DNA of 38,011 bases from a virus (IMGVR_UViG_3300020045_004774:1-38011); one strand, 5' to 3'; counted from the stretch's first letter, positions 25,907 to 34,077 are shown. Made by a program: numbers and translations. The notes: generated by a model not told the origin, from the letters alone.

Positions 25907-26418
25907 AACCTTTCAATTTGTTCTTTAGTTAATACAAAATTCTCTTCTAATTCTTTGCGAGTATAGTTGTTATCTGCAATTGATTGTAATGCTTTGGCGA
26001 ATCGTTCTTCACTAATAGTTTTCTTTTCAACTACTACTGCTTGCTGTTTTACTTTAATACCTCCTACTATTTGACCCATCATTTTAACAGCTGGGTCAAA
26101 GTATAATTCAATCTGCATACCAACCCAATTAGCAATGTTTCTACTTTCGATTGGTGTTAATTGTTTTGTCTGCTTACATAGTGATGCAATAACTTTACGA
26201 TTACCTGAATTAACTACCATTGGTTTAATATCTTCAGCAAACTCTAAAAAGTAACCATCTGTTTTATTGCCCGATACATCAACACCTTTTGAATAGTAAG
26301 CATCTTTAATCGTTACTATACATTTACCTTTTTCTGCGATGATTGCTTCAACGTCTACACCTGCTATGTGTGTAGCTTTTCTGTACTTCATACAGTCTAC
26401 ATTGTGAATTTTATCCAT
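25903..26418 (-). CDS. Hypothetical protein (candidate ssDNA-binding/annealing partner of YqaJ)
   Basis: Beta-rich N-terminal part, helical C-terminal tail; same operon as the exonuclease. Confidence 0.5.
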   Translation of the reverse strand: MDKIHNVDCMKYRKATHIAGVDVEAIIAEKGKCIVTIKDAYYSKGVDVSGNKTDGYFLEFAEDIKPMVVNSGNRKVIASLCKQTKQLTPIESRNIANWVGMQIELYFDPAVKMMGQIVGGIKVKQQAVVVEKKTISEERFAKALQSIADNNYTRKELEENFVLTKEQIERL

Positions 26419-26445
26419 AATTATTTGTTTTTTGTTTATTAATCG

Positions 26446-26547
26446 TAGTCAGGACAGGATTCGAACCTGCAATGTGCCTTTCACATGGTTACCTTTGTCG
26501 AAAAAGGATCGGGTTCTCCGATGCGATACCATTCCGCTCACCTGACT
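26446..26547 (-). ncRNA. tRNA-like RNA lacking a canonical anticodon arm
   Basis: Acceptor stem AGTCAGG/CCTGACT, D-arm GCG-GAATGGTAT-CGC, T-arm GCAGG-TTCGAAT-CCTGT; three 5-bp hairpins in the middle; no CCA. Confidence 0.75.
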
Positions 26548-26555
26548 AATTAAAA

Positions 26556-26588
26556 CAAAGATAAGTATTTATTTTAATTAAATTGCAA
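26556..26588 (-). promoter_or_regulatory. Promoter for the tRNA-like RNA and recombination operon
   Basis: TATCTTTG at 26556..26563 with TTGC upstream. Confidence 0.7.
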
Positions 26589-26599
26589 TTGAAGTGAAA

Positions 26600-26782
26600 T
26601 TATTTTTCATCCCAAAAAGAATAATCCCATACTCCTGTTTTGTGATAGTTTTCAATCCATTCTATTAACCTTTTTCTTTTTGTTGGGTCGGATAATATTT
26701 TATAACCTTCATTAGATATTAGATTTTCATTTCCGTATATCCAAAATAAAAACTTCTCTATTAGTTTAATCATATTTTTCAT
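26600..26782 (-). CDS. Hypothetical protein
   Basis: Coupled ORF. Confidence 0.5.
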   Translation of the reverse strand: MKNMIKLIEKFLFWIYGNENLISNEGYKILSDPTKRKRLIEWIENYHKTGVWDYSFWDEK

Positions 26783-26952
26783 TCGCCTTCACAATCAATA
26801 TATTCATCTTTCAAAAATACATACCATTTATAATTACTAAGTAGTAAGTATGCGTTTTCGTCTTTAATAAACACCTCAACAACTTGATAAACATCTTCAT
26901 TTTGTAGTTGAATATAACAACCTTTTGCTTTTTTTACGCTTAATTTTTTCAT
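26779..26952 (-). CDS. Small hypothetical protein (57 aa)
   Basis: Manual translation MKKLSVKKAKGCY...DCEGE*. Confidence 0.5.
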   Translation of the reverse strand: MKKLSVKKAKGCYIQLQNEDVYQVVEVFIKDENAYLLLSNYKWYVFLKDEYIDCEGE

Positions 26953-26992
26953 AGCTTAATTTTTTGTTTAATCTTCATAATACTTACATTTT

Positions 26993-27244
26993 TTAATGTG
27001 CTAATAAAATTGATTTGTTTTTACAATTCTCAGATGAACACATATTACAAGTGAAAAAATTACCGCTACAAATACATTTATCTTTAAATCGAAGAACTCC
27101 ATTACTTTCTACTAAATCAATGTTTAATCTTCTTTTAACTTTTTCAATGCAGTTTTGAACCCTTGCAACTCGACAAAAACCTTTGCTTTTTATTTCGTCA
27201 ATTATAACGTTACAAGCGTTTAATTCAATATCAATTTGTTTCAT
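26993..27244 (-). CDS. Cys-rich hypothetical protein
   Basis: C-terminal CIC...CNMC...C. Confidence 0.55.
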   Translation of the reverse strand: MKQIDIELNACNVIIDEIKSKGFCRVARVQNCIEKVKRRLNIDLVESNGVLRFKDKCICSGNFFTCNMCSSENCKNKSILLAH

Positions 27245-27250
27245 GGCTAC

Positions 27251-27451
27251 TTAATTAATATAAATAACCATTCCTTCACCACCTTTTGTTGCTTTACCTA
27301 AAATTTTATTATTAGAATCTTTAGCGAAGAAAACATAACCAACACTTGCAACGTGTTTCTTTTCGATTTTTACAGTAGTTGGTAATAAGTTTAACAATTG
27401 TGTTTTTACTGTATTGTTAAAAGTTCTTTCTGTTGTTTTAATGAAGTTCAT
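27251..27451 (-). CDS. Hypothetical protein
   Basis: First gene after the promoter at 27478. Confidence 0.6.
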   Translation of the reverse strand: MNFIKTTERTFNNTVKTQLLNLLPTTVKIEKKHVASVGYVFFAKDSNNKILGKATKGGEGMVIYIN

Positions 27452-27477
27452 AATCTTTATTTTTCGTTTCTGTCTAA

Positions 27478-27508
27478 CAAAGATAAATATTTATCTTTTA
27501 TCTCCAAA
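27478..27508 (-). promoter_or_regulatory. Bacteroidota-type promoter
   Basis: -7 TATCTTTG at 27478..27485; -33 TTTG at 27505..27508. Confidence 0.75.
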
Positions 27509-27529
27509 CATTTATTGAATTATTTTTTT

Positions 27530-28150
27530 TCAAAATATTAATTCTGTTTGATTAATATTTAATTCAATTGATTTAAAATTCACTTTCTTGTATCGGTTCT
27601 TTGGTCGTATTTTAAACATCCAAATCTTTTTAGGTAAACCTGTTTTAATAATAGCTTCACCACTCTTAACTGCTTCTCTTAATTTATAAGAATAATCTCT
27701 ATCAATTGATAAACTTCTAGGGTGATAAGTTCTTCCATTCCACTCAACATATTTAGTTGGTGTTGTAAGTCCTTCTAATTCAAAATTTGAAGCCTTGTAA
27801 ATAGTTCCAATATGCCCTACTGTCATATCTGAATAAGACAATACAAAATCATAATCAGTATTTGAAGAAATGTATTTAATAATTTGTCCTAGAAAATAGC
27901 TTTCACTATTGCATGGCGCATTATCTAAACAAGCCATTCTGCGTATATCAATACAATTTTTGTACTTCTTGTCATGTCTTGGTTTACCTAATACACTACC
28001 GCCTACTAATTCATTATTCATAAACATAGCGAAACAAATACTAATACCACCACCCATTGAATCTTTTTTATAATGAAATTCTTTAAAAATATGCCGTATA
28101 TCTTTGAACTTACAAATCTTAATTTCACAAGTTTTTTTATCTAGTTTCAT
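27530..28150 (-). CDS. Mom-like (GNAT-fold) DNA modification protein
   Basis: FHY, ELVGG..LG, IRRMAC.D..P.NSESYFL and LSYSD...GH.GTIYKASNF motifs of the Mu Mom family. Confidence 0.8.
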   Translation of the reverse strand: MKLDKKTCEIKICKFKDIRHIFKEFHYKKDSMGGGISICFAMFMNNELVGGSVLGKPRHDKKYKNCIDIRRMACLDNAPCNSESYFLGQIIKYISSNTDYDFVLSYSDMTVGHIGTIYKASNFELEGLTTPTKYVEWNGRTYHPRSLSIDRDYSYKLREAVKSGEAIIKTGLPKKIWMFKIRPKNRYKKVNFKSIELNINQTELIF

Positions 28151-28596
28151 TGTTTATTAATTTTAATTAGTTGTTTTATTAATTGGTCGTTTTCCATTTC
28201 TAACTGCTGAATCTGAATTTGATATTTATCTTTAAACTCAATCAACTTCTTATTATAATCTTCTTCTAGTTGCTTTAAAGCATCATTCGAAACATGTTTA
28301 AGACTTTCTTTATTCATTGCTTCATCTTCACTTTCAAACTGCCTTAAACGTTCTTTAATTCGTTTATTTTCACCAATCAAAACACTACAATCAATTTCAG
28401 CTTTATACATAATCGAACGAAACTGTTTTATCAATGTCAAAACGTTGTAAACCTTATTAGAAAAGTTAACCGCTTTCTTTACGTTTAACGCATTATTATT
28501 TTGTTCGCAATACTTTAGACATAAATTAGTTAAAAATGCGTCAGAATCGTTTATTTTGCTATCAAATGACGTTTGCCAATACTCTACTTTCTCCAT
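28147..28596 (-). CDS. Coiled-coil hypothetical protein
   Basis: ORF downstream of the helicase gene. Confidence 0.6.
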   Translation of the reverse strand: MEKVEYWQTSFDSKINDSDAFLTNLCLKYCEQNNNALNVKKAVNFSNKVYNVLTLIKQFRSIMYKAEIDCSVLIGENKRIKERLRQFESEDEAMNKESLKHVSNDALKQLEEDYNKKLIEFKDKYQIQIQQLEMENDQLIKQLIKINKQ

Positions 28597-28607
28597 AATT
28601 TTAAAAT

Positions 28608-29645
28608 TTAAAAAGGTGTATCATCATTTTGCGGTGTTAAATCAAATTCATTATTCGGTTCAAGTGGTTTAAATTGGTGGTTAAACTCAATTTTTTTATG
28701 CGTTTCGGGTTTTGTATCATATTCGCCACGGTTAGCATAAATTTCACGACCCACAAAATCCTTCATGTAATAACGATATGCCGAAAGATTAAGATAAAAT
28801 TTGTACGTTCCATTCTTTGAAGTGCCTTTTGGTTTTGTCTTAGCAATCTTTACATGTACTTCATTATCTTCTGCAATTTCACCAGCTCCTGTTTCGAATC
28901 CTGCAGGTGGTCGCCAAAAAATGATCATTGACATACCTTTTCGAAACCAAGTTTGACCACCTGCTAAATCTCTTGCTGTTGGAAATGGGTAATAATACAA
29001 ATCAGTTCCTTTTGCCTTTTCTATTTTTTGATCTCGAACGTGTGTAATTATGCAATGATGTTTTTGATTTTGTTTTGCATGCTTTCTAACGACTCCAAGC
29101 ACTCGACTTAAATACAAATCCTCACGTCCTAAATCTTCAGGTTTAAAATCGCTTTTCAATTCATTCCAAGGGTCGGCTGTTGTTGTGTGAATCTGAATGT
29201 TATTTTCTTTTTCAAATTCATCAATCATATCGTAGAACTTTTGTGCACTCATTTCGCTTTGGTCGTCAAACACAAAGAAATGCTTTTCAATGAATTTTTC
29301 TGCTGTTAATTTTTCAGTTGCGTTCATTTGCCAAGTTCCTTTTATGTAAGGCTTACCAATAAATTTGTGCATCAACTCTGAATAAATATCAACATGTGAA
29401 CCTGTTTCAGGTGAATAAATAACATGCTTCCATCCATGCAAACAAGATAAGTTTATTAGAATCTCAAACCACCATTCAGATTTTCCTGAAGCGGGAGCAC
29501 CTGCTATGTAAGTTGTCGAACCAAGTTTAACCGTATAAGGAAATTGTTCCCAAGTCCAACCAACATCTTTACCAAGCTCGATTCCTACCGTATGCAAGTG
29601 TTCTAATTCTGTCTTTACTTCTGATAGTTTTTTAATCATGGTCAA
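28608..29645 (-). CDS. DnaB-like (SF4) replicative helicase
   Basis: Walker A GAPASGKS; YSPE, ADPWNEL, ITH, DLAGG and KIAKTK motifs. Confidence 0.85.
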   Translation of the reverse strand: MTMIKKLSEVKTELEHLHTVGIELGKDVGWTWEQFPYTVKLGSTTYIAGAPASGKSEWWFEILINLSCLHGWKHVIYSPETGSHVDIYSELMHKFIGKPYIKGTWQMNATEKLTAEKFIEKHFFVFDDQSEMSAQKFYDMIDEFEKENNIQIHTTTADPWNELKSDFKPEDLGREDLYLSRVLGVVRKHAKQNQKHHCIITHVRDQKIEKAKGTDLYYYPFPTARDLAGGQTWFRKGMSMIIFWRPPAGFETGAGEIAEDNEVHVKIAKTKPKGTSKNGTYKFYLNLSAYRYYMKDFVGREIYANRGEYDTKPETHKKIEFNHQFKPLEPNNEFDLTPQNDDTPF

Positions 29646-30390
29646 GAATTTTAGAAGCTGGTGTATAAGTGCTTGACTGATTTAAGTATCTATTGAAATT
29701 GTCTAATCTCAAAAAATGCGTTGGCGTTAAATTACCTGTTTCGTGAACCCATTGATTTTTGTACATGTTGTTAAAAGCAATTTCAAAATCTTTAAATTCA
29801 TAAGAAGCCCTTACTTCTTTAAAATTGTTTCTGTCGGGTTTTGATAATTTATTAAACCTACCTAGCTTACCTTTTCGCTTAAGCATCATTTCATTAAACC
29901 AAACTAAAAATGCTTTTACTTGTTCTTCAAAAGTTTGTTTCTTTTTATCTTCGACTTCAGTAGATAAATAATCTTCTTTTCTATTCTCTTCTCTTCTATT
30001 CTCTTCTGTATTACGTTCGTTATTCGGTTGTATTACGTTCGTATTACGTTCGTTATTCGTTGGTAATTCTTTTTCTTTACGTTTAGCCCATCTTTTTTCT
30101 ACTGATTCTCTAGCTTTTACGCTCTTTTCCATAGCACTTTCAAACTGTTCATCAAGAAAATAGATTTTAATGAATCCATCAACTTCTTTGATTATTCTTT
30201 TTGAAATAAGAATGTCGTAATGCTCCTTATCACATTCGATAATTGCATCTTCAATTGATACTTTCGTTTCATTTATCCAATACAAACAACATAATTCTAA
30301 AAACATTGATTTCGTTTCTGCATTGCATCGCTGAATTTTTCCCATCTTCCATTCCGAAATAGAGAATTTGAACCATTGTAACTTTTCCAT
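29632..30390 (-). CDS. Phage replication initiator protein
   Basis: N-terminal WFKF...W..G.I; K.RESVEKRW; low-complexity linker with iterons; C-terminal LTPTHFLRLDNFNRYLN; upstream of the helicase. Confidence 0.75.
   Translation of the reverse strand: MEKLQWFKFSISEWKMGKIQRCNAETKSMFLELCCLYWINETKVSIEDAIIECDKEHYDILISKRIIKEVDGFIKIYFLDEQFESAMEKSVKARESVEKRWAKRKEKELPTNNERNTNVIQPNNERNTEENRREENRKEDYLSTEVEDKKKQTFEEQVKAFLVWFNEMMLKRKGKLGRFNKLSKPDRNNFKEVRASYEFKDFEIAFNNMYKNQWVHETGNLTPTHFLRLDNFNRYLNQSSTYTPASKILDHD
29978..30059. repeat. Iteron-like repeats (probable origin of replication)
   Basis: GTATTACGTTC at 30008, 30030 and 30041 (two copies extend to GTATTACGTTCGTTATTCG), next to a CTATTCTCTT repeat tract. 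Confidence 0.65.
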
Positions 30391-30392
30391 AA

Positions 30393-30611
30393 TTAAAAAG
30401 GAACTCCAGTGATTAAAGCAATTTGTTTACGAAGTTCTTTAGATAGTTTAATAGCTGTTTCTTTGTCTAATGACACATACGTAAATGAACCACTAACATC
30501 GCATTTTACATTGATTGTAATTTCATCGAATTGATTGTGGAAACATTCTATATTTCTATCAATCGTGTTTGATTTTTCAGTTCCACAGAACAATAATTTG
30601 ACATTTGCCAT
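30393..30611 (-). CDS. Hypothetical protein
   Basis: Start moved to ATG at 30611 (MANVKLLFCG) because the longer start lies inside a terminator hairpin. Confidence 0.65.
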   Translation of the reverse strand: MANVKLLFCGTEKSNTIDRNIECFHNQFDEITINVKCDVSGSFTYVSLDKETAIKLSKELRKQIALITGVPF

Positions 30612-30653
30612 AATTTTATAAACGTTTTTTGGATAACGAGTAACCTTTAAAAT

Positions 30654-30756
30654 AAAAAACCCCTTCATTCCTTAGTGCTTCGACCTACTAATTCATGAAA
30701 GGGCATAACTAATACCTTAAAGTTCTATAATGTCGAAGCGAACCTTTACAAATATA
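30654..30756 (-). ncRNA. Candidate kissing-loop leader/attenuator upstream of the replication operon
   Basis: Promoter TATATTTG at 30749..30756; two hairpins whose loops GCTTCGAC and GTCGAAGC are complementary; second hairpin ends in a T-run. Confidence 0.6.
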
Positions 30757-30760
30757 ACAA

Positions 30761-31147
30761 TTATCTCAACACGTGCAACATATAATCGTCAATTATTTGT
30801 TTGCAATGTTCAAAACCAACTCCAAATGTAGCGTAATATCCTAGCTTGTTTAGTTCATCAATTGCCTTTTGTTGCCCTTCTAAATGTTCGTTTTTAAGTA
30901 AAGTGCCATCTTTACGAAACGGACTTTTAACTTTTAATTCAATCGCCAACCCATCGTAATAATAATTCGGAAATAATACAAGCAAATCAGGACATTTGAA
31001 TCCGTCCTTTTGAGTAGCTTTATTTCGTCCTGCTTGGCTTTTTGTTAACTTCAAACTTGTTCCTGTGCTAAGATATAACACATTCGGATATTGAGCGTTT
31101 AAATAAGCGCAAATTGATTTTTGTAGTGAAAATTCGGGATGGTTCAT
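30761..31147 (-). CDS. VRR-NUC-like PD-(D/E)xK nuclease
   Basis: E..LQ..IC.YL, G..CPDL, GLAIELK, Q...I..L...GY motifs. Confidence 0.8.
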   Translation of the reverse strand: MNHPEFSLQKSICAYLNAQYPNVLYLSTGTSLKLTKSQAGRNKATQKDGFKCPDLLVLFPNYYYDGLAIELKVKSPFRKDGTLLKNEHLEGQQKAIDELNKLGYYATFGVGFEHCKQIIDDYMLHVLR

Positions 31148-31473
31148 TAGTCGTGAATATTTCCGATTATTTCACTTTCTGCATGCCATGCGTACAATGG
31201 TGCAATATTGTCGACAAAACAAGTAAAAAAGCAACCGTCAATAAATTTAACGGTGAAACTGCCAAATTTACAATTTGCTTTATCACCTTCAAAAATCTTA
31301 TTACCGTTTTTATCTAATAACCCTGTAAATTGGCAAACTGTTTCTGTGTTAACGTTATATTCATAAGCATTTTTATTGCAAAAGATAAGTACTGGTTCTG
31401 CTGTTAGTAAATCTCCTTCAACCCATTCACCGTTATCAATTCTTTTTCCTTTAAATAATATTTCTCTTTTCAT
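31147..31473 (-). CDS. YopX family protein
   Basis: MKREILFKGKR...EWVEG, TVCQFTGLLDKNGNKIFEGD, EIIGNIHD. Confidence 0.9.
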   Translation of the reverse strand: MKREILFKGKRIDNGEWVEGDLLTAEPVLIFCNKNAYEYNVNTETVCQFTGLLDKNGNKIFEGDKANCKFGSFTVKFIDGCFFTCFVDNIAPLYAWHAESEIIGNIHD

Positions 31474-31487
31474 AATTATTTTTGTTT

Positions 31488-31772
31488 TTAATCGTTACTC
31501 AACACTAAAAAAGTTAATTGTTTATTATTATCTCTATAACCAATCGCATGAATGTACTTCTTTTTATCAATTTCGTTTTCAGAATAATGCAAAAAAGAAA
31601 CACTATCAAAATGCGCTATTGTTAAAGGTTGTTTTCTATTGATTTTGTCTCCTTGACAATATCCAACTACTTTTAATAGTTCGGGCTTTAAATCGCTTGG
31701 AAACGATACGAATGATTGACTTGGAATAGTTCTAAATCGTTCGTGTTTTGGTTGCGTGCGTTTTAGGGTCAT
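31488..31772 (-). CDS. Hypothetical protein
   Basis: Coupled ORF. Confidence 0.55.
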   Translation of the reverse strand: MTLKRTQPKHERFRTIPSQSFVSFPSDLKPELLKVVGYCQGDKINRKQPLTIAHFDSVSFLHYSENEIDKKKYIHAIGYRDNNKQLTFLVLSND

Positions 31773-32242
31773 GGTTCAAGCGTATTAATGTCAATTGCTA
31801 AACCGTTTGGAATAAGTCCGAATACGTCAAAGTGCCATTTAATTAAATTTTCAAAATCTCGATGAGGTATTCTTTGTAAATCTGCAAAGTCAAAAGGATA
31901 ATTTGATACATGTTGAATAGTTAATTGATATTCTACTTTGCTTGTAGGCACAAACTTTTCTCCGTTTACTTCAATCTCTTTTGTAAGGTCGGAAAGTGGG
32001 CGAAGGATTGGTTTTATTTCATCTAGTTCGATAAAACCAGCTCCCCAATTTTGTTTTTCTCCATAAACTTCAACTTCTATTTTGTCGCTGAAAATCATGT
32101 TAATTATTTTCATTGGCTTATACGCTTGATATGGATTTCCATATTCCGAACCTAAATTGAAAACTCCTTCTTCAGAAAGTATAAATTCTACACCATAAGG
32201 CAAATAAGGGGCAATGTGTTTAAGTGTTAATTTCATAATCAT
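31769..32242 (-). CDS. Conserved Bacteroidota-phage-type hypothetical protein
   Basis: LKHIAPYLPYG, KPILRPLSDLTKEI, WHFDVFGLI..GLAIDINTL; start moved to 32242. Confidence 0.7.
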   Translation of the reverse strand: MIMKLTLKHIAPYLPYGVEFILSEEGVFNLGSEYGNPYQAYKPMKIINMIFSDKIEVEVYGEKQNWGAGFIELDEIKPILRPLSDLTKEIEVNGEKFVPTSKVEYQLTIQHVSNYPFDFADLQRIPHRDFENLIKWHFDVFGLIPNGLAIDINTLEP

Positions 32243-32262
32243 ATTTTTTTGTTTGTGTAATA

Positions 32263-32634
32263 TTACATAATTAAAATTGATACGCAAATCTTAAATAGTA
32301 AATAATCTTCTTTTACTTGCTTATATTTCGAGCATAAAACACTATGTTTGTCATTTAGTTTTTTATACTTTTCATCTTGCTTTTCTTTAGCAATTTCAAG
32401 ACCTCTACGCTCGTATTCTTTTTGTTTTAATTCCTTAGATAAAAGCCTATCTTGTTCTAATTTTGGTAATTTGTGGTTAATTTCTTCAATAGAACTTAAA
32501 TGCCACGCTAAACAATTTTCACAAAGATAAGCCCTAACAGGTTTTAATTTTCGTTTGGAAGTTTTGTTAAGCTTACTGATGTATTGATTCGCATAGTTTT
32601 CATCTATAAATGAAACTTTTGTACATTTTTTCAT
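32263..32634 (-). CDS. Hypothetical protein with a C/H zinc-binding motif
   Basis: C.K..F...RAYLCENCLAWHLSS. Confidence 0.6.
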   Translation of the reverse strand: MKKCTKVSFIDENYANQYISKLNKTSKRKLKPVRAYLCENCLAWHLSSIEEINHKLPKLEQDRLLSKELKQKEYERRGLEIAKEKQDEKYKKLNDKHSVLCSKYKQVKEDYLLFKICVSILIM

Positions 32635-32648
32635 AATTATCTTTTATT

Positions 32649-32727
32649 AAAAAAGGGGAAAAACTAGCATTTAACCCCTATTTTTACCTAACCGTAAACA
32701 AAAAATAATTATGATACGGCTAAGATA
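32649..32727 (-). ncRNA. Candidate small RNA with an anti-start-codon loop
   Basis: TATCTTAG at 32720..32727; stem CCGTA/TACGG enclosing TCATAATTATTTTTTGTT; AGGGG/CCCCT hairpin followed by a T-run. Confidence 0.5.
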
Positions 32728-32734
32728 GGAAAAT

Positions 32735-33001
32735 TTAAGCTACTGTGTAAGCATTATCTTTTTTAGTTAATAAATCAATAACCATTTCGGGGGTTAAATC
32801 TAAAGAATGGCACGTTGAACAGTTGATTTTTTTGATATACAATTTCGGTTTATCTAATTCGCCAGCAGTTACTTCAATGACTATTTTTTTATTCACTTGC
32901 TTCGTTAAAACAAACCCGTAATAACCTGTTTGTTTAAATTCAACGTTATCATTCATGTCGATTCTCTTGAATCCTAAGTTGATGTAATTTTCGTAATTCA
33001 T
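32735..33001 (-). CDS. Hypothetical protein
   Basis: ORF with an A-rich initiation region. Confidence 0.6.
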   Translation of the reverse strand: MNYENYINLGFKRIDMNDNVEFKQTGYYGFVLTKQVNKKIVIEVTAGELDKPKLYIKKINCSTCHSLDLTPEMVIDLLTKKDNAYTVA

Positions 33002-33013
33002 AATATTTAATTT

Positions 33014-33418
33014 TTAAGCTACTTCCATCGTTTTTTTAAGTTCTTCTTGAAGTAATCGCATTTCAAAATAGTTGTTGCATGACATTACTTTTTGAAACAA
33101 ACTAGCTTCAAATTTAGCCTGTTCTTCAGCTTCTAAGTCAAATATTTGCAATTCTATTTTTGTTTTGATAGCTAAGAAATCTGGAAATTGTTTTGCATTT
33201 TGACTCATTTTAATGTACTTTTTTATTCCATTCATTACAGTTGCATGATTTTTACAAAATAAATTAGCAATTCTTTGATACGTCCAATGTGATTCTTTCC
33301 ATAAATGATAGTATAAAATTGATCGTGGATAAAGAAAATCATTTAACCTTGATTTAGTTGTTAAATCCATTTCTTGTACCAACATATTAACCGTGTCAAT
33401 ATTTAGTGTTTTCTTCAT
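33014..33418 (-). CDS. DnaA C-terminal (domain IV)-like HTH protein
   Basis: SR......PR.I.YY.L......T...IA.LF.KNHATVMNGIKK; start moved to 33418. Confidence 0.7.
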   Translation of the reverse strand: MKKTLNIDTVNMLVQEMDLTTKSRLNDFLYPRSILYYHLWKESHWTYQRIANLFCKNHATVMNGIKKYIKMSQNAKQFPDFLAIKTKIELQIFDLEAEEQAKFEASLFQKVMSCNNYFEMRLLQEELKKTMEVA

Positions 33419-33420
33419 TA

Positions 33421-33681
33421 TTACAGATTTACTAGCGACCATTTTATTTTTACCGTTACATACTTCTTACCTTTTATTCTTGAAGGTCTTTCATTTACTA
33501 CTTCCGTAATTAAATACTGACTTTCATGCACTTTATTATTTTCGCCAATAAGTATATTACCTACACATACATCAATATTTTCATTTATGTTAAATTTAAC
33601 AGTGTTATTAATGTTTCTTTTTTTAGGGTCTTGCTCCCAACTCATAAACGCAAATCCGTCTTTTCCTTCTTTATAATTCAT
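33421..33681 (-). CDS. Hypothetical protein
   Basis: ORF in the early region. Confidence 0.55.
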   Translation of the reverse strand: MNYKEGKDGFAFMSWEQDPKKRNINNTVKFNINENIDVCVGNILIGENNKVHESQYLITEVVNERPSRIKGKKYVTVKIKWSLVNL

Positions 33682-33731
33682 CTTATTTATTTTTTAAAGT
33701 GTTAAATCCATTTGGTGTTTCATTTCTTTGG

Positions 33732-33974
33732 TCATTTCGATTTTTTTAAAATTTCTTCTAGTTGTTGTAGGGTGATTTGGGTCTCGTCTGCTTGATAAGC
33801 AAGTCCCCAATCATTATCTATTGGAAAATATTGCAAAAAATTGTCTTCACTTTGTGTTAAACGAAAAAAATAATTATCAATTATTTCCCCATACTTCTCA
33901 AGCATCTTTCTTGCTTCTTCTAGTTGCGTTTCATCCTTAATAAACACGCAAACGTTTTCTTTTGTTAGTTTCAT
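33732..33974 (-). CDS. Hypothetical protein
   Basis: ORF in the early region. Confidence 0.6.
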   Translation of the reverse strand: MKLTKENVCVFIKDETQLEEARKMLEKYGEIIDNYFFRLTQSEDNFLQYFPIDNDWGLAYQADETQITLQQLEEILKKSK

Positions 33975-34077
33975 TATTTTTTTGCTTTAACCTTTAAAAC
34001 ATAAACCTTTCCTTTTCTTTTAACAACTACTCGTGTGTAATTATTATTAAGTCTTTTTATTATACTAAATTGCTCTT

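Noticed and set aside
26446-26547. Canonical tRNA (e.g. Phe from GAA in the first hairpin)
   Set aside because: No 7-nt loop with U33 and purine 37 on a 5-bp stem, and there are extra arms; reported as tRNA-like instead
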